A stretch of 64,000 nucleotides of DNA from an uncultured archaeon (GCA_964534625.1 CAZHRF010000001.1:72897-136896); one strand, 5' to 3'. Counted from the first letter of the stretch, positions 12,638 through 22,994 are shown. Notes: generated from the letters alone by a model not told the origin. Translations and numbers: made by a program.

Positions 12638-13714
12638 TTGAAGATGTGGATCATGAAAATGGAAATGAGTGAGGAACAAAAAAGATTGGTCAAGCTGTAT
12701 ATGGGTAATTTGATGGGTCTCAAACAAATAGGTTTTCAAACAAATCAAGATCCTAGGACATTTAAGAAGAAAATAACTTCACTAGGTATAGAAATACCTT
12801 ATCCTGGTTCTATCTGGACAAAAATGAAAAAACATATTGAAGGAGCCTATCTTAATTCCATACCTTATTGGTTAATAGAAGTTATTTCTGGAATCATGTT
12901 AGGTGATGGAAGTATGAGATTACAGAGTAAAACTTTTTTTCACCCAAATCATCCAACATTAGAGCATTATAAAGTAACAATAAACTTGTTAAATGAAATA
13001 CAAGAAAAGGTAAAAGAGGGTTTAAGCTTAACGAAAACTGATGTAAGGGAATGGAATAAAGGCATTCAGACTATTAGATATATAAATACAGCAAACTTAA
13101 GGATGCACAAATCAATCTTGGAACTAGAATGGGTAAAAGTATTAGCTAAAATATTCAATGAATACTTTCAGATTCAGCCTTTTGTAAAAAAAAATTTAAC
13201 TAAATCAACAAAATGGTCATGTGGGTTTGATACTTCATCTAGTGTACAACTATTTAAAATCTGGAAACAATGGTATAGAGTTGAAGGAGACAAACAGTCT
13301 AAAATCCTACCAAATATCGTTAAAATAACGCCAAATGTGCTTCTACATTGGTATGTTGGAGATGGATATTATTGTAATACAGATATATCCTTATGTTCCC
13401 ACAATTTTACATGGAAAGAACAAGATATGTTAGTTTGTTTATTGAAAGAACAAAATATAAAAGCTACAATAAGAGAAAAAAGCGGTGTTTATTATGTCGG
13501 AATATCTACAAAAGAGAGTAATAAAGAAATTTTCTTTGAGTACATAAGGCGAGCAAAATTTTACAAACAAGCAAAAAAACTGTTCCCACATAAATTTAGT
13601 GCAAAGATAACGAAAAGAAAGATAGTAAAAAAAATGAAAATTGAACATCCAGAATATTTTAAGAATAGTCCTGAAATAAGAAAAAAAATATTGATAAAAC
13701 TTTCAGAAATGTAA
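12638..13714 (+). CDS. LAGLIDADG-like double-motif protein (putative free-standing homing-endonuclease-like nuclease)
   Basis: 358 aa. Two dodecapeptide-like motifs are present: YWLIEVISGIMLGDGSMRL near residue 85 and VLLHWYVGDGYYC near residue 240. Lys-rich C-terminus. The start is ambiguous among several N-terminal Met residues. Confidence 0.4.
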   Translation: MKMWIMKMEMSEEQKRLVKLYMGNLMGLKQIGFQTNQDPRTFKKKITSLGIEIPYPGSIWTKMKKHIEGAYLNSIPYWLIEVISGIMLGDGSMRLQSKTFFHPNHPTLEHYKVTINLLNEIQEKVKEGLSLTKTDVREWNKGIQTIRYINTANLRMHKSILELEWVKVLAKIFNEYFQIQPFVKKNLTKSTKWSCGFDTSSSVQLFKIWKQWYRVEGDKQSKILPNIVKITPNVLLHWYVGDGYYCNTDISLCSHNFTWKEQDMLVCLLKEQNIKATIREKSGVYYVGISTKESNKEIFFEYIRRAKFYKQAKKLFPHKFSAKITKRKIVKKMKIEHPEYFKNSPEIRKKILIKLSEM

Positions 13715-13735
13715 AAAATTAAGAAAGAGAAAAAA

Positions 13736-16459
13736 TCAGTTTTTCTCATATTTTAAAGTAGCGTGTGCAGCAGCTATTCGAGCACTAGGAACTCTGAAAG
13801 GAGAACAACTGACATAATCCAAGCCAATTTTGTAACAAAATTCAATTGAACGAGGATCACCGCCTTGTTCACCGCATATACCTATTTCTAATTTTTCATT
13901 TGTTTTTCTTCCATCTTTTACGCACATTTCCATTAATTTTCCGACACCTTTTTCTTCTATTGATACAAATGGATCTCTTTCAATTAATCCCATTTCCATA
14001 TACTTTGAAATAATTTTTCCCGCATCATCTCTGCTGAACCCTAGTGTCATTTGATGTAAATCGTTTGTTCCAAACGAATAGAAATCTGCTCCTTTTTCTC
14101 CTCCCGCTATTTCTGCACTTGTTAGCGTCGCTCTTGGTACTTCAATCATTGTTCCTATGAGATATTTGAATGTTACTCCTTCTTCTTCAAAAACCTCTTT
14201 AGCCACGTCTTCTATATATTTTCTTTGGTTTTTAAACTCTGATTCAAACCCTATTAAAGGGATCATAACCTCGGGATATACGTCCTTCCCTAGTTTTTTC
14301 ACTTTAGCAGCAGCTTTAAAGATAGCTCTTGCTTGCATTTTCGTAACTTCGGGCATTGTAATCCCCAATCTACATCCCCTAAGGCCAAGCATTGGATTCT
14401 GTTCATGCATATCTCGAACTATTTCTAGTAGTTCATATTTTTCTTTTAATTCTTCTCTTGATACTCCTTCTAGACGTTTCTCATATATCTCAATAAGTAA
14501 CTCTTCTTGTTTTGGTAGAAACTCATGCAGTGGAGGATCAATTAATCTTATGATCACTGGTTTTCCTTCAGCAACATTGAATAATCCTTCAAAGTCTTTC
14601 TGTTGAATTGGTTCTAATTGATCAATGTGTTTTTGTCTTTCTTCTTCTGTTTTAGCAAGAATCATTGATCTCACTATATCAAGTGCTTCAAAAAACATAT
14701 GTTCTGTTCTACAGAGACCAATACCCTCTGCACCGAAATCTAATGCTTTTTGGAATTGATCTGCTTTATCCGCATTTGCTTTTACACCAATTTTTGCGAT
14801 ATCATCTGCCCAATCCAAAATTTTTGACATACTTTCAGGTAATTCAGCCGGGGTTGTTGGTAGCTCACCTTTATAAATGGTACCATCTGTTCCGTCGATA
14901 GTAACCCATTCTCCTTCTTTGATCAATAAACCATTACCTTTTAATTGGCATGTTTCAATATCAATCTTTATTCCCCCTCTCTCACTTCCGACAATACATG
15001 CTTTACCGATCTGTCTTGCCACAATCGCTGCATGAGATGTTAAACCACCTTTTAATGTCAAAATACCTTTAGACGCGGCCATACCATGAAAATCTTCGGG
15101 AGTTGTTTCAACGCGAACTAAAATTGTTTCTTCACCTTTTTTAGCTGCTTCTTCAGCTCTATCTGCATCAAAGTACGCCTTACCAGAAGCAACTGCAGCT
15201 CCTGCTGCTAAACCAGTTCCAAGTAGTTTTTTTTCTAAATCTTTCTTTATTTCTTCACTTGATTTATAGGGATCAATTTCTTTCCAATTCAAACTTGGAA
15301 ACAAAGAATTATCAACATCCGATGGTAAAATGCGTTGTACAGCTTCTTTTTTAGTGATTAGTTCCTCTTGCACCATGTCATAAGATATATTACCCGCTGC
15401 AATACCTGTCCTTTTACCAGAACGGGTTTGAAGCATATAAAGTGTTCCTTCTTCAATAGTGAATTCCATATCTTGCATGTCTCTATAATACTTTTCAAGA
15501 TCCTTTGCAATAGTAATTAGTTGCTCATAAACCTTTGGCATGTCCTCTTTAAGATTCTCTATCTCTTCTGGCGTTCTAATTCCTGCAACAACATCTTCAC
15601 CCTGTGCATTGATTAAATATTCACCATAAACTTTCTTTTCACCTGTTGATGGATTGCGGGTAAAAGCCACACCTGTTGCTGATGAATCGCCTTTATTCCC
15701 AAAAACCATGGTTTGAATATTAACCGCTGTTCCTAAATCGTGGGGAATATCTTGATAATTCCGATAATCTATAGCTCTTTTATTATTCCAGCTATTAAAA
15801 ACTGCTCTAATAGCCTTATCTAGTTGATCACGTGGATTCTGTGGGAAGTCTTCTCCCAGATGTTCTTTGTAAATGGATTTATTTATTTGTACAAGTTTTT
15901 TAAGCTCTTCTGCAGGGATCTTAGCGTCAGATTCGACACCAATTTCCTCTTTTACTTTTTCAAGTTTCTTCTCGAAATGAGCTTTTGATAGTCCCATAAC
16001 AACATCAGCAAACATGTAAATGAACCGTCGATAACTATCGTAAGCAAATCTAGTATTATTTGTAGATTTGGCTAATCCTTCAACGGAAACATCATTTAAA
16101 CCTAAATTTAGCACAGTATCCATCATACCTGGCATACTAATTGCTGCACCAGAGCGGACAGAGACAAGTAATGGGTCTTCGTTATCGCCTAATGTTTTTC
16201 CAATTTGTTTTTCTAAGGCTTCTAATGCATCATCTATCTGTTCTTTTAATCCTTCTGGATACTCATTGTTGTTGTCTAAAAAGTGCAAACAAGCTTTGGT
16301 TGAAATCACAAATCCAGGAGGTACGGGTAATCCTATAGAGGTCATTTGAGCAAGATTAGCTCCTTTTCCTCCAAGTAGGGATTTCATACTAGCGTCTGCT
16401 TCGCAAATATTTTTTTTAAAGAATTTATATACGTATTTTTCACTCATAATAATAGGCAC
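13736..16459 (-). CDS. ppdK: pyruvate, phosphate dikinase
   Basis: 907 aa. Contains the N-terminal GGKGANLAQM, the phosphohistidine segment GGLTSHAAIVARQIGKACIVG, RTEHMFF, and the C-terminal PEP-utilising domain CGEQGGDP. The length fits PPDK rather than PEP synthase. Confidence 0.85.
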   Translation of the reverse strand: MPIIMSEKYVYKFFKKNICEADASMKSLLGGKGANLAQMTSIGLPVPPGFVISTKACLHFLDNNNEYPEGLKEQIDDALEALEKQIGKTLGDNEDPLLVSVRSGAAISMPGMMDTVLNLGLNDVSVEGLAKSTNNTRFAYDSYRRFIYMFADVVMGLSKAHFEKKLEKVKEEIGVESDAKIPAEELKKLVQINKSIYKEHLGEDFPQNPRDQLDKAIRAVFNSWNNKRAIDYRNYQDIPHDLGTAVNIQTMVFGNKGDSSATGVAFTRNPSTGEKKVYGEYLINAQGEDVVAGIRTPEEIENLKEDMPKVYEQLITIAKDLEKYYRDMQDMEFTIEEGTLYMLQTRSGKRTGIAAGNISYDMVQEELITKKEAVQRILPSDVDNSLFPSLNWKEIDPYKSSEEIKKDLEKKLLGTGLAAGAAVASGKAYFDADRAEEAAKKGEETILVRVETTPEDFHGMAASKGILTLKGGLTSHAAIVARQIGKACIVGSERGGIKIDIETCQLKGNGLLIKEGEWVTIDGTDGTIYKGELPTTPAELPESMSKILDWADDIAKIGVKANADKADQFQKALDFGAEGIGLCRTEHMFFEALDIVRSMILAKTEEERQKHIDQLEPIQQKDFEGLFNVAEGKPVIIRLIDPPLHEFLPKQEELLIEIYEKRLEGVSREELKEKYELLEIVRDMHEQNPMLGLRGCRLGITMPEVTKMQARAIFKAAAKVKKLGKDVYPEVMIPLIGFESEFKNQRKYIEDVAKEVFEEEGVTFKYLIGTMIEVPRATLTSAEIAGGEKGADFYSFGTNDLHQMTLGFSRDDAGKIISKYMEMGLIERDPFVSIEEKGVGKLMEMCVKDGRKTNEKLEIGICGEQGGDPRSIEFCYKIGLDYVSCSPFRVPSARIAAAHATLKYEKN

Positions 16460-16780
16460 CTGTTTGGTTTCCTTATTAAATAATAGTCAAATCAATCTCG
16501 GAGTATTTGTTTTTTAATATTATGATTCATTTCATTTTTATTTACAAATATTACATTACGTATGTTAAAACTGTATTGGCTTTTATTAATTGAAAGTATT
16601 ATCATTTAACCATATTTCTTTCGTAAAAATATTTCTTTATGCGGTATAATAACTCTCGAGTTTATAGGAATGCGTAACCAAAGTTTTAGATATAACTTCT
16701 TATATCTATTAAAAACATCTCTTCCAATTATCTCTATATTAAGACAATATTTAACAAACTAGTAAATTTTAGTATATTTA

Positions 16781-17593
16781 ATGCATGAAAAATTAATATT
16801 ACTAACAAATGACGATGGAATTAATTCGCTTGGCTTACAATCTCTCTATGAAGTTATAAAAGACAAGGGAAACACCATATGTGTCGCCCCCGTATCACCT
16901 AGTTCTGCTGTATCCAAATCCTTAACTTTTCATAAACCTATTAGATATAGCAAATACACTTTTCCTGATGGAAAGAAAGGGTATAGTACCACAGGTTCGC
17001 CTGCAGATAATGTTCTCGTTGGTATACATTTATTGAAGAAAAAACCGGATCTTGTAGTAAGTGGCATTAATTATGGTGATAATTCATCGATACATTCAAT
17101 GCTAACTTCTGGAACTTGTGCAGCGGCATTTGAAGCTTATTTTAATAAGATACCCGCTGTGGCCTTTTCAACCTCTCTCTCTCATGATTCACAATTAATT
17201 GAGCAAAAGGGTATTGATTTCAGTAAATTTGCAATGGTGTCTGGTGCAATAGTTGAACTACTACTTGAGATTGAGTGGCCCATAGGCTTAGCTTTTTTAA
17301 ATGTAAATTTTCCCGCTACAATAAATTCTGAAACAAAAGTACATGTCACGTATCCGACTTTATATAAATATGATAACTATATGGTACAGAAAGATGATCC
17401 AAGGGGTCTGCCCTATTTGTGGCTTTGGGGTGAGCGCAAGACAACTTTTCCCGAGGGTAGTGACACATGGGCTGTTGTTCAGAAGAAAGGAATTAGTGTA
17501 ACACCTATTTCATTAAATTTACATGACATTACTGACCAATCACAAGGTTTAGCTTGTTATATACAAGAACATCTCGATGATTTACCTTTATAA
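16781..17593 (+). CDS. surE: 5'/3'-nucleotidase SurE
   Basis: 270 aa. The N-terminal LLTNDDGINSLGL is the SurE signature. Confidence 0.85.
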   Translation: MHEKLILLTNDDGINSLGLQSLYEVIKDKGNTICVAPVSPSSAVSKSLTFHKPIRYSKYTFPDGKKGYSTTGSPADNVLVGIHLLKKKPDLVVSGINYGDNSSIHSMLTSGTCAAAFEAYFNKIPAVAFSTSLSHDSQLIEQKGIDFSKFAMVSGAIVELLLEIEWPIGLAFLNVNFPATINSETKVHVTYPTLYKYDNYMVQKDDPRGLPYLWLWGERKTTFPEGSDTWAVVQKKGISVTPISLNLHDITDQSQGLACYIQEHLDDLPL

Positions 17594-17646
17594 TAGTTTA
17601 TAGTAGATTATTTTTGTATCGTTCACTTTAAATAATAATAGCTATA

Positions 17647-19050
17647 GTGTGTGTGCATATGGATCTTCAGAACAGAGAGTACCAAACATATATTCAGAAA
17701 GAAATAAAGAACCATGTGAAAAAGGACCATAGTGTTATACTTGAATTAGATTGTGGTATGGGAAAACGTGTTATAACTTATAATTTACTTACAAGGATTT
17801 TTCCAGACAAAAAAATAATTGTTTTTTTACAAAATTATTCTTCTCTACAAGAAACATTACATTATCTAGAAGAAGAATATGGTGGAGTTAAGGGTTTAGT
17901 AGCCATACAGAGTGGATATAATTCTGACTATAGGAGAACATTAATACAAAATAATAGAGTAATCCTTTCATTACCAATTGTTTTCAATAATACATTAGAA
18001 AAATATCCTAAAATTATTAATGATTTGGACATTGTAATAATAAATGAAATTGACCAAATTATTCGAAGAGTATCTCAAAAAAATGTTCTCTGTGTGCCTT
18101 GGAACAAATTAATTCCAAAGTTGAAGCATATAAAATTTATAGGTATGAGTGGAACATTACGTGACAATCATACAATTTTTGATGATGATCAACTCAAAAT
18201 AAGAAATGAATTGAAGACACTACGTGACGTATTACCCAATGCTAAACTGATTACAATTGAAGATTTTATTGATACGGATTTAAAAGAATATATTAGAAAT
18301 ACAGAGGTGCATTTAATACCTATTCAAGATAAGAAAACCAAAGCGGTTTTGCTTTTTTTAACTGAAGAAATAAAAAAGGTAAAAACACAAATAATGGCGG
18401 ATTTAGAAGAATATGCTCCACATCAACTTAAGAAAGCAAAAGAGAACTTTTATGGAAATTTGGGTTTATTTGATATCGAGACAGAATTATTACAAAAAAT
18501 AAATCGATTGTTGTTGCTTAGAAAGTATGTCTATTCTATGCCCGTTAAGAGTTATACCAATTATCTAAATCGATTTGGTTTTAACAATCAAGTTACAAGT
18601 GGATTGACACACAGAAGTGGTAAAGAGCTGGAAATCATGAACATAGTAAACCAGCATAAAAAAAGTGCCATACTGTGTTCATATCTATCAACGGTTTATT
18701 CGTTATCTGAATTAATCGCTGAACAACAAATAAAAACATTTATCGTAACAGGTAAGATTAGAAATAAAAATGAAGTGATTAATAATTTTAAAGAAGCAAA
18801 GAAAAAAGCTGTTTTATTAATGTCTCCAGTTGGAGAACGAGATATTGACATACCAGATACAGATGTTCTAATCGTGTTTGATGTGGTGAACTCAGCAAAG
18901 ACAATTTATCAAAAAATCAAACGGAGTCGAGGGGGAGATGTTTATATCCTTTTTTATGATGAAACACCTGAACGTTCAAAGGTTAGACGAGTAGTTAGTA
19001 AAATTGTTATTAGATATCCGTGGTCTACTATTTTTTACTCAAAAAATTAA
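17647..19050 (+). CDS. SF2 helicase-like protein (type III res / DEAD-like) with degenerate motif II
   Basis: 467 aa. Contains REYQ (Q-motif-like), LDCGMGKR (motif I-like), VIINEIDQI in place of DExH, MSGT (motif III) and QKIKRSRGG (motif VI-like). Confidence 0.5.
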   Translation: MCVHMDLQNREYQTYIQKEIKNHVKKDHSVILELDCGMGKRVITYNLLTRIFPDKKIIVFLQNYSSLQETLHYLEEEYGGVKGLVAIQSGYNSDYRRTLIQNNRVILSLPIVFNNTLEKYPKIINDLDIVIINEIDQIIRRVSQKNVLCVPWNKLIPKLKHIKFIGMSGTLRDNHTIFDDDQLKIRNELKTLRDVLPNAKLITIEDFIDTDLKEYIRNTEVHLIPIQDKKTKAVLLFLTEEIKKVKTQIMADLEEYAPHQLKKAKENFYGNLGLFDIETELLQKINRLLLLRKYVYSMPVKSYTNYLNRFGFNNQVTSGLTHRSGKELEIMNIVNQHKKSAILCSYLSTVYSLSELIAEQQIKTFIVTGKIRNKNEVINNFKEAKKKAVLLMSPVGERDIDIPDTDVLIVFDVVNSAKTIYQKIKRSRGGDVYILFYDETPERSKVRRVVSKIVIRYPWSTIFYSKN

Positions 19051-19117
19051 ACTTCTTTTAATAGAAGTCGTTATTCATAAGCTTTTTATTGGCTAGAAAA
19101 GTTTGGTTACAAGGACA

Positions 19118-19133
19118 AATAATTTTTATATAT
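19118..19133 (+). promoter_or_regulatory. candidate TATA box/BRE for rpoB
   Basis: The sequence aataatttttatatat lies about 20-30 bp upstream of the rpoB ATG at 19149, suggesting a leaderless or short-leader transcript. Confidence 0.3.
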
Positions 19134-19148
19134 TCCGGGATGTTATAA

Positions 19149-22100
19149 ATGAGTAGTAAACTAAATAATAAAAACACAAATGTCCGTTGGACCATCATGA
19201 ATTCAATGTTCAAAGAACTTGGTCTTGTACGACAGCATCTTGATTCTTTTAACAATTTTATTGAAAGTGGTCTAAAATCTGTTCTTGAAGAGATAGATGT
19301 GATAGAACCCGAAGATTCAGAATTCTATGTTAAATTAGAAGAGGTTGAAATTGAAGACCCAACCGTTCGTGAAGCAGATGGTTCTCAAACACCTTGTTTC
19401 CCAATGGAAGCAAGAATTAGAAATCTGACTTATGCTTCAAGGTTGAACTTGATTATGACTCCTGTTCATCGAGATCCAAATACGGGAGTTGAGACTCAGA
19501 GAGAAACAACAAAAGTATTTATAGGTTATCTTCCCATCATGTTGAAATCAAGTAAATGTGTTCTAAGTAATTTTTCAAAAGAACAACTAATTAAATATGG
19601 AGAAGATCCAAAGGATCCTGGCGGTTATTTCATAATAAATGGTAGCGAACGAGTAATTGTGACACAAGAAGATCTGGCGCCTAATAGAATACTCACAGAA
19701 AGATTAACAAAAAAAAGTAACATAACTTCTGAAGCAAAAGTATTTAGTGTGCATCATGGTTTTCGTGCTCCTGTTACTGTTGAGCATACAAAAGATGGAC
19801 AATTAAGAGTAAGTTTCCCAAGTATGCCAAGAAAAATTTCTCTTATTTTGTTAATGAGAGCATTGGGAATTGAGAGAGATGATATGATTGCAATGGCTGT
19901 TAGTCCAACTCCTGAATTACGTTCACGGATAATGTCTATTTTGATGCGCGAATCATCTGAAGTAGACACAACAAAAGATGCTCTCGATTACATTGGAAAG
20001 AGAGTGGCTGTTGGTCAAACAAAAGAATATCGTATCAATCGTGCCATGCAAGTACTTGACAAATATTTGCTTCCACATCTTGGAAGTGATGAAGAGTCTA
20101 GAATAAAGAAAGCGTTTTTCTTGGCAAGAATGGCACAAAGATTACTTGAATTAGAAGAAGGATTAAGAGAACCTGATGATAAAGACCACTATGCAAATAA
20201 AAGATTAAAATTAGCTGGTGATTTGCTCTTAATGCTATACCGTGTGGCATTCCATGCTCTTTGTAGAGATATTAAATATCAATTAGAGCGAGTAACGGTG
20301 AGAGGTAGAAAACCAAATCTTAAAACAGCAGTACGTGCAGATTTAATAACTGAAAGATTAAAACATGCTTTAGCAACGGGTAATTGGACGGGTGGAAAAT
20401 CAGGTGTCAGTCAGCTGCTAGATAGAACAAATTATATGTCTGCCTTGAGTCATTTAAGAAGGGTTGTAAGCCCATTAAGTAGAAGCCAACCCCATTTTGA
20501 AGCTAGAGATCTTCATCCAACACATTTTGGTAAAATTTGTCCAAGTGAAACACCAGAAGGACCTAATTGTGGTCTAGTCAAAAATTTAGCTTTACAAGCT
20601 TATATTAGTGTGGGTATTAATCCAAATCTGATTGAAAAAGTAATAGTTGATGATCTGGGTGTTCATAAAATAGAAGCAAAAAATCTAACCTCACCAAATT
20701 CTCCATTCGTTAAATTATTGGCAGATCCTAATACTGCTAAAGTTTTTTTGAATGGTAGTTTCTTAGGTGTGATAGATGATTCCAAAACATTTGTTAATAG
20801 TTTCATTGAAAAAAGAAGAAAAGGAGAGATTTATCATGACGCAAATATATCTAGTTTTGAGGATACTCACGAAATAAATATAAATTGTGATGCAGGAAGA
20901 GTAAGAAGACCATTGATTATTGTTGAAGATGGAGAATCCCGATTAAAGAAAGAGCATCTGAATTCAATTGCTAATGGTAAATGGGTGTGGACAGATCTCA
21001 TAAGAGATAGAGTTATTGAATATGTAGATGCAGAGGAAGAAGAAAATCTACTGATTGCAATTGATGAAAATAAAACGAATCGTGATACAACCCATATGGA
21101 AATTGTCCCAAGTACAATGTTGGGTATTTGCGCTTCCTTGATACCTTTTCCAGAGCATAACCGTTCTGATCGGAATGTGTATGAAGCAGGGATGGCAAAA
21201 CAAGCATTAGGGTTGTATGCTGGTAATTTTAGATTTAGAGTTGATACAAGAGCTCACATTTTACATTATCCACAAAAACCTATTGTTAAAACACATGGAA
21301 TGGATCCCATAGGATTTGAAGATAGACCAGCCGGACAAAATTTTGTGGTTGCGTTACTTTCATATGAAGGTTATAATATGGAAGATGCATTATTGATAAA
21401 TAAAGCAGCCATAGAAAGGGGCTTGGGTAGAAGTACATTCTATCGTACTTACGATGCCGAAGAAAGAAAGTATCCTAATGGACAAGAAGATACATTCGAA
21501 ATACCAGATGAAACAGTAAGAGGATATAAGGATGAATCTCAATATGTACATCTCGGTGAAGATGGGATAATAGAACCAGAAATAGCAGTTGATGGCAGTA
21601 GAGGCGAAGTTCTTATAGGTAGAACGAGTCCTCCCAGATTTTTAGAAGAATATACGGAATTTGATGTTCCTCCACAAAATCGAAGAGAAACAAGTAAAGC
21701 AATAAGACACGGAGAAAAAGGGATTTCTGATTTAGTTATTCTGTCTGATACAAATGAAGGAAATAGACTCGTTAAAGTAAGAGTTAGATCAGAAAGAATA
21801 CCAGAAATTGGAGATAAATTTGCAAGTAGACACGGACAAAAAGGGGTTATTGGTTTGATTGTACCACAAGAAGACATGCCATTTACAGCTGAGGGGATAA
21901 CCCCCGACATAATTATCAATCCTCATGCAGTACCAAGTCGTATGACAGTAGGACATCTTATGGAGTTGTTGGCTGGAAAAATTGGTTCGCAAAAAGGGAC
22001 TTCTATGTACGGTACAGCTTTTAGCAAAACGACCCCAAAGCAACTACACGATGAGCTGAAAAACCTAGGTATGAACCCATTAGGACGTGAGGTCATGTAT

Positions 22101-22547
22101 GATGGAAAAAGTGGTAAAAAAATAGAAGGAACAATCTTTGTTGGATGTCAATTCTATCAAAAATTACATCATTTAGTACAAGATAAGCTACACGCCAGAG
22201 CAAGAGGACCAATTCAAATGCTAACTAGACAACCTACAGAAGGACGAGCTAGAGAAGGCGGTCTAAGGTTTGGTGAGATGGAACGGGATTGTTTAATTGG
22301 GCATGGAACATCAATATTACTTAAAGAAAGATTATTAGATGAATCAGATAAAACAGAAGCCCTAATTTGTTCCAAATGTGGATTTTTAGCAATGTATGAT
22401 CGAAATAGAGATCGTTATCAGTGTCCTGTATGCAAAGAAGAAACAACGGTTTCAAAGGTTGTAATAAGTTATGCATTCAAATTGTTAATGCAAGAACTGA
22501 TGAGTTTGGGCATTGCTCCACACATACAACTAGAAGACATAGCCTAA
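19149..22547 (+). CDS. rpoB: DNA-directed RNA polymerase subunit B (unsplit)
   Basis: 1132 aa. Contains the N-terminal QHLDSFNNF, GEMERDCLIGHG, and a C-terminal zinc ribbon CSKCG...CPVC. It is a single ORF, not the split B'/B'' form. Confidence 0.95.
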   Translation: MSSKLNNKNTNVRWTIMNSMFKELGLVRQHLDSFNNFIESGLKSVLEEIDVIEPEDSEFYVKLEEVEIEDPTVREADGSQTPCFPMEARIRNLTYASRLNLIMTPVHRDPNTGVETQRETTKVFIGYLPIMLKSSKCVLSNFSKEQLIKYGEDPKDPGGYFIINGSERVIVTQEDLAPNRILTERLTKKSNITSEAKVFSVHHGFRAPVTVEHTKDGQLRVSFPSMPRKISLILLMRALGIERDDMIAMAVSPTPELRSRIMSILMRESSEVDTTKDALDYIGKRVAVGQTKEYRINRAMQVLDKYLLPHLGSDEESRIKKAFFLARMAQRLLELEEGLREPDDKDHYANKRLKLAGDLLLMLYRVAFHALCRDIKYQLERVTVRGRKPNLKTAVRADLITERLKHALATGNWTGGKSGVSQLLDRTNYMSALSHLRRVVSPLSRSQPHFEARDLHPTHFGKICPSETPEGPNCGLVKNLALQAYISVGINPNLIEKVIVDDLGVHKIEAKNLTSPNSPFVKLLADPNTAKVFLNGSFLGVIDDSKTFVNSFIEKRRKGEIYHDANISSFEDTHEININCDAGRVRRPLIIVEDGESRLKKEHLNSIANGKWVWTDLIRDRVIEYVDAEEEENLLIAIDENKTNRDTTHMEIVPSTMLGICASLIPFPEHNRSDRNVYEAGMAKQALGLYAGNFRFRVDTRAHILHYPQKPIVKTHGMDPIGFEDRPAGQNFVVALLSYEGYNMEDALLINKAAIERGLGRSTFYRTYDAEERKYPNGQEDTFEIPDETVRGYKDESQYVHLGEDGIIEPEIAVDGSRGEVLIGRTSPPRFLEEYTEFDVPPQNRRETSKAIRHGEKGISDLVILSDTNEGNRLVKVRVRSERIPEIGDKFASRHGQKGVIGLIVPQEDMPFTAEGITPDIIINPHAVPSRMTVGHLMELLAGKIGSQKGTSMYGTAFSKTTPKQLHDELKNLGMNPLGREVMYDGKSGKKIEGTIFVGCQFYQKLHHLVQDKLHARARGPIQMLTRQPTEGRAREGGLRFGEMERDCLIGHGTSILLKERLLDESDKTEALICSKCGFLAMYDRNRDRYQCPVCKEETTVSKVVISYAFKLLMQELMSLGIAPHIQLEDIA

Positions 22548-22565
22548 TTCATCTTTTTTTATTCT

Positions 22566-22994
22566 TTATTCTTGTTTAATATTTTTTATTCGTTCTAAGA
22601 TCATATTATTGTATTCATTTGAACTGATCTCTATAGTTCTAAATATATTAAGTTCTTCTGCCAATATTTTTGCTATTAGATGATAACAATATTTGAGTTC
22701 TTTTCTATTTATTACTCGAATTTGAAAGTCATAGCATTCACAAAAGTTAGAGTCAATAATTAAATAAGGTTTTTTTGATCCTTTAACCTCCCAGATGTGC
22801 TGATTTTTTGAGATGATTAATTTCTTGACGCCATTTTTTTTAATCACTTCAATAGCTTTTTCCCCTCTCAGACTAAAGGCATCAATAATTTCATTTTCCA
22901 GTATTTCTGTTAATCTTTTTTCTTTTTTAAGATAAAAGAGTGATTTCTTCATATTTTCTTCGTCAATATCCTTTTTTGACATATTTATAACCAT
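22566..22994 (-). CDS. small SWIM-type zinc-finger protein, function unknown
   Basis: 142 aa. FCECYDFQ...(18 aa)...CYH fits the CxCxnCxH SWIM pattern. Confidence 0.35.
   Translation of the reverse strand: MVINMSKKDIDEENMKKSLFYLKKEKRLTEILENEIIDAFSLRGEKAIEVIKKNGVKKLIISKNQHIWEVKGSKKPYLIIDSNFCECYDFQIRVINRKELKYCYHLIAKILAEELNIFRTIEISSNEYNNMILERIKNIKQE

Noticed and set aside
12638-13714. LAGLIDADG protein as an intein or intron-encoded endonuclease
   Set aside because: It is a free-standing ORF with its own start. It is not embedded in a host protein, so there are no extein flanks and no Cys/Ser+1 or HN-C junctions. No rRNA or tRNA gene surrounds it.
13736-16459. Alternative call as PEP synthase
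   Set aside because: The 907-aa length and three-domain layout with the central GGLTSHAAIVAR phosphohistidine fit pyruvate phosphate dikinase. PEP synthases are about 100-150 aa shorter.
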